DNA from: an uncultured Planctomycetota bacterium | GTDB taxonomy: Bacteria > Planctomycetota > Planctomycetia > Isosphaerales > Isosphaeraceae | Assembly: GCA_963845755.1 (NCBI GenBank) | Contig: CAWJTV010000005.1 | Coordinates: 448,001-512,000, forward strand | Length of the DNA: 64,000 nt | Direction of reading: 5' to 3' | Part shown: positions 59,634 through 64,000 of the stretch, in pieces | How positions within the stretch are numbered: the first letter of the stretch is position 1 | Layout: each line of letters starts with the position of its first letter | Program-made: the position numbers and the translations under genes | Notes under the pieces: generated by a model | Databases searched by the model: none | What the model was told of the DNA's origin: nothing | Seen by the model: only the letters and a program-made list of their open reading frames with translations

Positions 59634-61169
59634 TGCTGAGCTGATCGCGTGGCGGAATTGTCCACATTCTCGGCCCCGACCGACGGCCATTTGGCGGGTC
59701 GATTCGCTTTTGTAAGTGCCCTGGCCCCGATATTGGCAGCCCGAACCGGCGCCGCGATCGTCGTGGTGTCGGTTCTTGTTGGCGGCGGGCCCTGCCGCCC
59801 CGATTCGGCGGTCGGGACCCTCGCCGAATTGGCCGGCGGAACGACGAGACCGGGCCGGCCTACATTCGAAATGCGCGACGACGTCACGCGATCTGTCCAT
59901 GGCTCGATCCTCTCTCAAGCTGTTCTCCGATTCGAAGTCAACCTTACGCGGTCAAGACCGGTTGGAGGCCCACCGACCCCGCCCACCGTTGGACGATCCA
60001 GATCGCGCGGTTGGGAATCCCGAAACGAGACCTGGCCAGGATAACCAGGTTCGCAATTTGGCAATAATCTGCCTCGGCGAGTCCCGATGACGGACGGGCG
60101 GCGAGCGTGATCCAGCCGGCAGGTTCTCGCGATCGGCTCGAGGACTCGGTCGACACGATCGCAAACCAGCTCCTCGGCCTCGTGGCCGGGCAGGCGGGCC
60201 GAAGGGGTTATCCTGACCCGGCTTCCTCACCCGACTGTCCGCGTTCCGGGCGTCATCCCGATCCGGTAATCACCTCTTGTGTGGCTTCGGCCAAGGCACC
60301 AACTTGGTCTTGTCCCGTTCGTTCGGCGAGTCGACGTGGAGCGCCGACAGACGCCCGAGCGTCTCCATCGCCTTGTGGGCCTTCGATTCCTCGTGTCGCT
60401 TGTAGCCGCCGGATCCGGTTCGTCGGCCGCATTCGGGATTGGGATGAATCTCGCGGCGGTCGATGACGGCGGCGGTCGACTCCGATGGTTTGCCGGTGGC
60501 GAATCGTGGAGCGGTGCCGTGGTCGCGGTCGAAAACTTCGAGGCGCTCGCCGTCATCCAGGGGCGGCTTGGCCGAGAGGCCATCTCCCAAGTTGGGACGT
60601 CCTCGGGCCTGGAGCGCCACGGCAAACCGGATCCACCGCACCGTCGCAGCCGTCAAGACGCCTGGAGGCGGGCCGGCCGGCTTATACCGGGAGCAAACCG
60701 GGGTTCCGAGCTACAAGAACCCATTCCGCGTCAGGAACGTCGCTGGGAGGGCCTCGCGAGTGGTCGTTGTCCCGAGCCAGGCTCGATGCGAGGCAGCGCT
60801 CGTGAAGTCCTCTCACGATAGAGAAATGCAACCTGCACGCGGGCCCCGCGGCTCGCGGTCATCCGATCCGCCCTCGCTACGACACTCGGCTTATTTCGCT
60901 CGCTCACCTCGATCGTCACGGGTCCCAGGGGCCACTCTCGGTTGCCCAATATCGCCGTACTCGATGCTTCTACTCGTCGCTCCGAGCCGTTCCCGTCGTG
61001 ATCCTGGCCGAACGCGATTTTGTCCAGATGCCGCAGGAGGCTATGCTCGTCACTGCCGTGGAGGCTAGTCGTGCCGCAGGCGCCCGGAGCAATCTGCGAC
61101 CTGTCGGGTGAACGTCCGCAGAGTGCGCCGCAGCCGTCAAGAATGTCGTGAAAACTAGAGAGGCGGTCG

Positions 61170-61472
61170 ATGGAACCTGAGTTGGCCACGAGGTTGGAGC
61201 GGATCGAAGAAATGCTCGCCGCCCTGATGGAGCGGGAGGTCGTCAAGGATTGGTACAACACAGAGGAATTCGCCCGGATCGTCGGCAAGGCGGATTTCAC
61301 GGTCCGTGAGTGGTGCCGGCACGGCCGCATCCGGGCCCAGAAGAAGGCGAGTGGACGCGGCAAGCATGCGTCCTGGGTCATCCCGCACGAGGAATTGCTC
61401 CGGTTTCAGCGGGGGGGCTGCTGCCCGACCGTCGGTCCTCGCCGAAGACTGCAAGGACCGCCTGACTCTTGA
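61170..61472 (+). CDS. Helix-turn-helix (excisionase/HTH_17-like) protein; 3' end probably frameshifted at a G-run
   Basis: WYNTEEFARIVGKADFTVREWCRHGRIRA..W.I..EEL; GAGG RBS; converges on the integrase. Confidence 0.8.
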   Translation: MEPELATRLERIEEMLAALMEREVVKDWYNTEEFARIVGKADFTVREWCRHGRIRAQKKASGRGKHASWVIPHEELLRFQRGGCCPTVGPRRRLQGPPDS

Positions 61473-62757
61473 CCTGCGGCGTCAGGTGGCGGTAGCGCCG
61501 CCGCATTTCTTCCGAAACATGGCCGAGCATGTCGTCGATGATCCGCTGATCGACGCCCGCCGCCGCCAGGCACGATGCAACCGAATGGCGGAGCGTATGG
61601 AGGCCGCGTACCACCTCCCATTTCGAGCCGGCCAGCGTCCGCTTGAAATGGTCGTGGCACTCGCCGACCGTGAGCGGGCCCGGACCCGGCAGGTCCTTGC
61701 GGACCTTCACCGTGGTCAGGCGGCCCTTGAGCGTCGTCGGCCGGCCCGCGCCGTGCTGATGGCCGGTCGTGCGACCCCGCTTCTTGCTACGGGCCACTGC
61801 GCCGGATTGGCAGAAGAGCGACGGGCCGCCGGGGTGGACGTCAAGCCATGATTGAAGGGCGTCCTTGAGCAGCGGCGTCAGCGGTGCCCGCCGGGTCGAG
61901 CGTTTGCCCTTCAGCCGTTTCTTCTCGCGGATGACGATGCTGCCGCCCGCGAAATCCACGTCGGACGGCAGCATGCGGATCAGCTCACTTCGCCTGGCCC
62001 CGGTATGCCCGGCCATGCAGACGAGCGGATAGATCCACTCGTGCCTGGCGTGGGTGCGGACGTGCTCCAGCAATTCGGCGATCTCGTGTGGCTGGAGATA
62101 CAGCGCATCCCACAGCTCGTCGATCTCCTCCGGTTTCAGGCCGCCCGCCGCCACTTGCCGCTCAATCTCCTCGCGGGTCTGGTAAGGGGGCAACTCGTCG
62201 CCTTTGGGATAGACCAGCCCCCTGTTCGGGTAATTCCCCGACAGCAGGCCGGAGTTGACGGCCCAATGCCAGGCTGTCCGCAACGTCGAGATTTCTTTCT
62301 TGATGGTGACGGCGGAGATGCCGAGGCTGGCCCGGCGTTCGACGTGCCTCTGCAGGTCGGCCTGGCCCAACCCTGTAAGGGGGAACTTATCGCCGAGGGT
62401 GTCAACCAAATGGTTGAAATGGATGCCGGCGGTGTAAAGCGTGCTCTTCTCACGGCCGGTCGCCCGCGTCGCCAGGAAGCGGTCGCGAAGCGTCGCCAGC
62501 GTCAGAACCTTGCGGCTGGCGCTGGCCGGGGTCGCGGCGGCGGGCGGTTTGCCGTCGTGCACCACGAACTCGACGATGTCGACGCCGAGGGGCAGCTCGA
62601 TTAGCCCCTGCTTGATCCGCATGAGCAAGTAATTGACCTGGGAGGCCTTGGCTTCGGCCTCCTCCGGCGAGACCTTGCCGATCATCACGAAATGCTGCTT
62701 GCTGTGGAACCGGAAGATGACCCGATAAGTGCCGGCACGATACTGAACGCTGGCCAT
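61378..62757 (-). CDS. Tyrosine recombinase/integrase
   Basis: HTGARRSE, HTLRHS, LGH and RRY catalytic motifs; lies next to a tRNA. Confidence 0.93.
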   Translation of the reverse strand: MASVQYRAGTYRVIFRFHSKQHFVMIGKVSPEEAEAKASQVNYLLMRIKQGLIELPLGVDIVEFVVHDGKPPAAATPASASRKVLTLATLRDRFLATRATGREKSTLYTAGIHFNHLVDTLGDKFPLTGLGQADLQRHVERRASLGISAVTIKKEISTLRTAWHWAVNSGLLSGNYPNRGLVYPKGDELPPYQTREEIERQVAAGGLKPEEIDELWDALYLQPHEIAELLEHVRTHARHEWIYPLVCMAGHTGARRSELIRMLPSDVDFAGGSIVIREKKRLKGKRSTRRAPLTPLLKDALQSWLDVHPGGPSLFCQSGAVARSKKRGRTTGHQHGAGRPTTLKGRLTTVKVRKDLPGPGPLTVGECHDHFKRTLAGSKWEVVRGLHTLRHSVASCLAAAGVDQRIIDDMLGHVSEEMRRRYRHLTPQVKSQAVLAVFGEDRRSGSSPPAETGAIPRAG

Positions 62758-62784
62758 TGGGCGACTCCAATGCCACCGCAATGG

Positions 62785-62805
62785 TGTTGCCAAATTGTTG
62801 CCAAA
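62785..62805. promoter_or_regulatory. Tandem TGTTGCCAAA repeats, candidate integrase arm-type sites
   Basis: Two exact 10-mers 1 nt apart, between the tRNA and the integrase start; function is inferred. Confidence 0.5.
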
Positions 62806-62823
62806 CGCTCCAGAATTACAAGG

Positions 62824-62857
62824 ATAAGGGGTCGCGCCTCTCGACGCAACCCCTTAT
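62824..62857 (-). terminator. Imperfect hairpin just downstream of the tRNA (terminator or att-associated dyad)
   Basis: ATAAGGGGTCGCG...CGCAACCCCTTAT. Confidence 0.45.
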
Positions 62858-62866
62858 GCTGCTTAG

Positions 62867-62913
62867 TGCCGAAGACAGGACTTGAACCTGCACGGGGTAG
62901 TTAACCCCACTAG
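62867..62913 (-). tRNA. 3' half of a tRNA-Leu-like gene (anticodon and 5' half not in window)
   Basis: CTAG-T-GGGG TTAACTA CCCC (long variable arm), T-arm GCAGG TTCAAGT CCTGT, acceptor CTTCGGC, discriminator A. Confidence 0.8.
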
Positions 62914-63627
62914 TGCTTTGTCACAGCTTAATCTTAGGGTAGACCGACGTGAGTTTACCGCGAGCATCGTCGATCTTCATTTGCCAATCCACGCCGCGCT
63001 GGGTGCTGTTGACATCGGATGACCAAGCGCCGGTCTCCGCTCGCAGGGTGGGAACATCGCCGAAGCGGCGACCGGACACGCACTGGCGTGTCAGGGAGCT
63101 CAGCTCATTCTCGGCGATGTTCAGCCAGCTACCGTGCTTGGGCGTGTAACAGAACTCGATGCGGCAGACCAACTCGCGCGCGCCGGGCGGGTGCAAAACT
63201 CTCGTAGAATGCGCCTTTGGTGTGCGTGTTCAAGTTGTCGCACACGACGATCACGTGCTCGGCGTCGGCGTAACGGCCTTCCATCAGTCGAGCCATCTCG
63301 ATCGCCCAGTCCACCTTGGTTTTCGTCTCGCGAACGGCCACCTCGCGCCAACCCGCCAGTGGTTCGGTGAACATGAAGATGTTCGCTGTCCCGCGCGCTC
63401 GTACTCATAGTCCACGCGCCGGCCGTGTCGGCGGGTGGCGGGGATGGGCACGCGGGTCTCCTTCAGCAACTGCACCGGTTGCTCGTCCATGCCCAGCACC
63501 GGACGGGCGGGATTATAAGGTATCGCGTAGGTCTCCAGCACTTCCTCCATGTTGGCTACGAACTCGCCGTCGGCCTTGGGCGGGATGACCCAGTACTCAA
63601 GCTTACGGTTGGTCATGCCGTTTTTTT
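62914..63627 (-). mobile_element. IS630-family element, 3' portion (DDE domain, indels), inserted at CTAG
   Basis: WVIPP..DGEFVANMEEVL..Y, MDEQP, DYEYER.G, VCDNLNTH, YTPKHGSWLNIAENE; A7 slippery site at 63621-63627. Confidence 0.88.
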
Positions 63628-64000
63628 CTAGGCTGGCAAAGTTAGCTGGAGGCAGCGTTGCTCCAAGTCCTTGAGATAGGCCTCGGGATTGTGACGGAAC
63701 CGGCGTTGCTTCCGCCGCGATTCCCGTCGCACCTCCAACTCCGCGCGCCATTCCTGCCAGTCCTCAACATAGCCCGGGCTCAACACCAAGCCTTCGTCCG
63801 GCCGCAGCCGCGTCGCCAGCCCCGAGATCACCCGCGCCGAGCCCATCACCACCAGGCCCGGCGACCCCCGACGCCGACCGCTGGCCCGGCGCTCGTGGTA
63901 GCGATGACTGCCGAAGGTGTGCTCCAGGTCGTTATTCGTCCGCGGCAGATCCGACGACTCGTAGCAGGCAAACAAGCCCGGCCAGTAGCTCCGGGTCACC
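63628..64000 (-). CDS. 3' end of a second transposase (ISNCY/ISL3-like), partial
   Basis: YWPGLFACY..DLPRTNNDLEH.FG..R.HERRASGR; its stop codon abuts the IS630 slippery site. Confidence 0.7.
   Translation of the reverse strand, partial: VTRSYWPGLFACYESSDLPRTNNDLEHTFGSHRYHERRASGRRRGSPGLVVMGSARVISGLATRLRPDEGLVLSPGYVEDWQEWRAELEVRRESRRKQRRFRHNPEAYLKDLEQRCLQLTLPA

Larger units (their letters stand above)
51729..62872. mobile_element. Candidate integrative element at tRNA-Leu (left boundary tentative)
   Basis: Integrase and excisionase-like gene next to the tRNA 3' end. TGCTTAATGCCGA (51729-41) matches TGCTTAGTGCCGA (62860-72), which overlaps the tRNA 3' end. Confidence 0.5.

Overview
GC-rich bacterial DNA, very likely from a planctomycete (Isosphaeraceae-like). 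The support is an LEPR-XLL-type N-terminus, an ECF sigma/Ser-Thr kinase-WD40 pair, an ECF57-like sigma factor and LRR proteins. Many genes are split by single-base indels, often at homopolymers, which looks like long-read error, so I joined reading frames by eye. Layout: (1) 1-4.5 kb, small metabolic and membrane genes. (2) 5.4-9.7 kb, ECF sigma factor coupled to a membrane kinase with WD40 repeats. (3) 10.07-40.2 kb, on the opposite strand, an apparently single giant exported protein gene of about 30 kb: beta-helix, Ig/CARDB arrays, beta-propellers, dockerin, two DUF6531/YD modules, Rhs core, a lower-GC payload, then a HExxH metalloprotease-like domain and a Gly-rich tail, followed by a small downstream gene. 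(4) 41-51.7 kb, decayed mobile region: SDR gene, ISKra4 interrupted by IS3, a sigma/polysaccharide-export fusion gene between 76-bp direct repeats, and an IS66 remnant. (5) About 51.7-62.9 kb, candidate small integrative element at tRNA-Leu with integrase, excisionase-like HTH, an unusual P-loop NTPase, a perfect 24-bp inverted repeat and duplicated palindromic non-coding blocks. (6) The tRNA-Leu is truncated by an IS630 element, which in turn abuts another transposase. All family assignments come from recognising motifs by eye; no database search was run.
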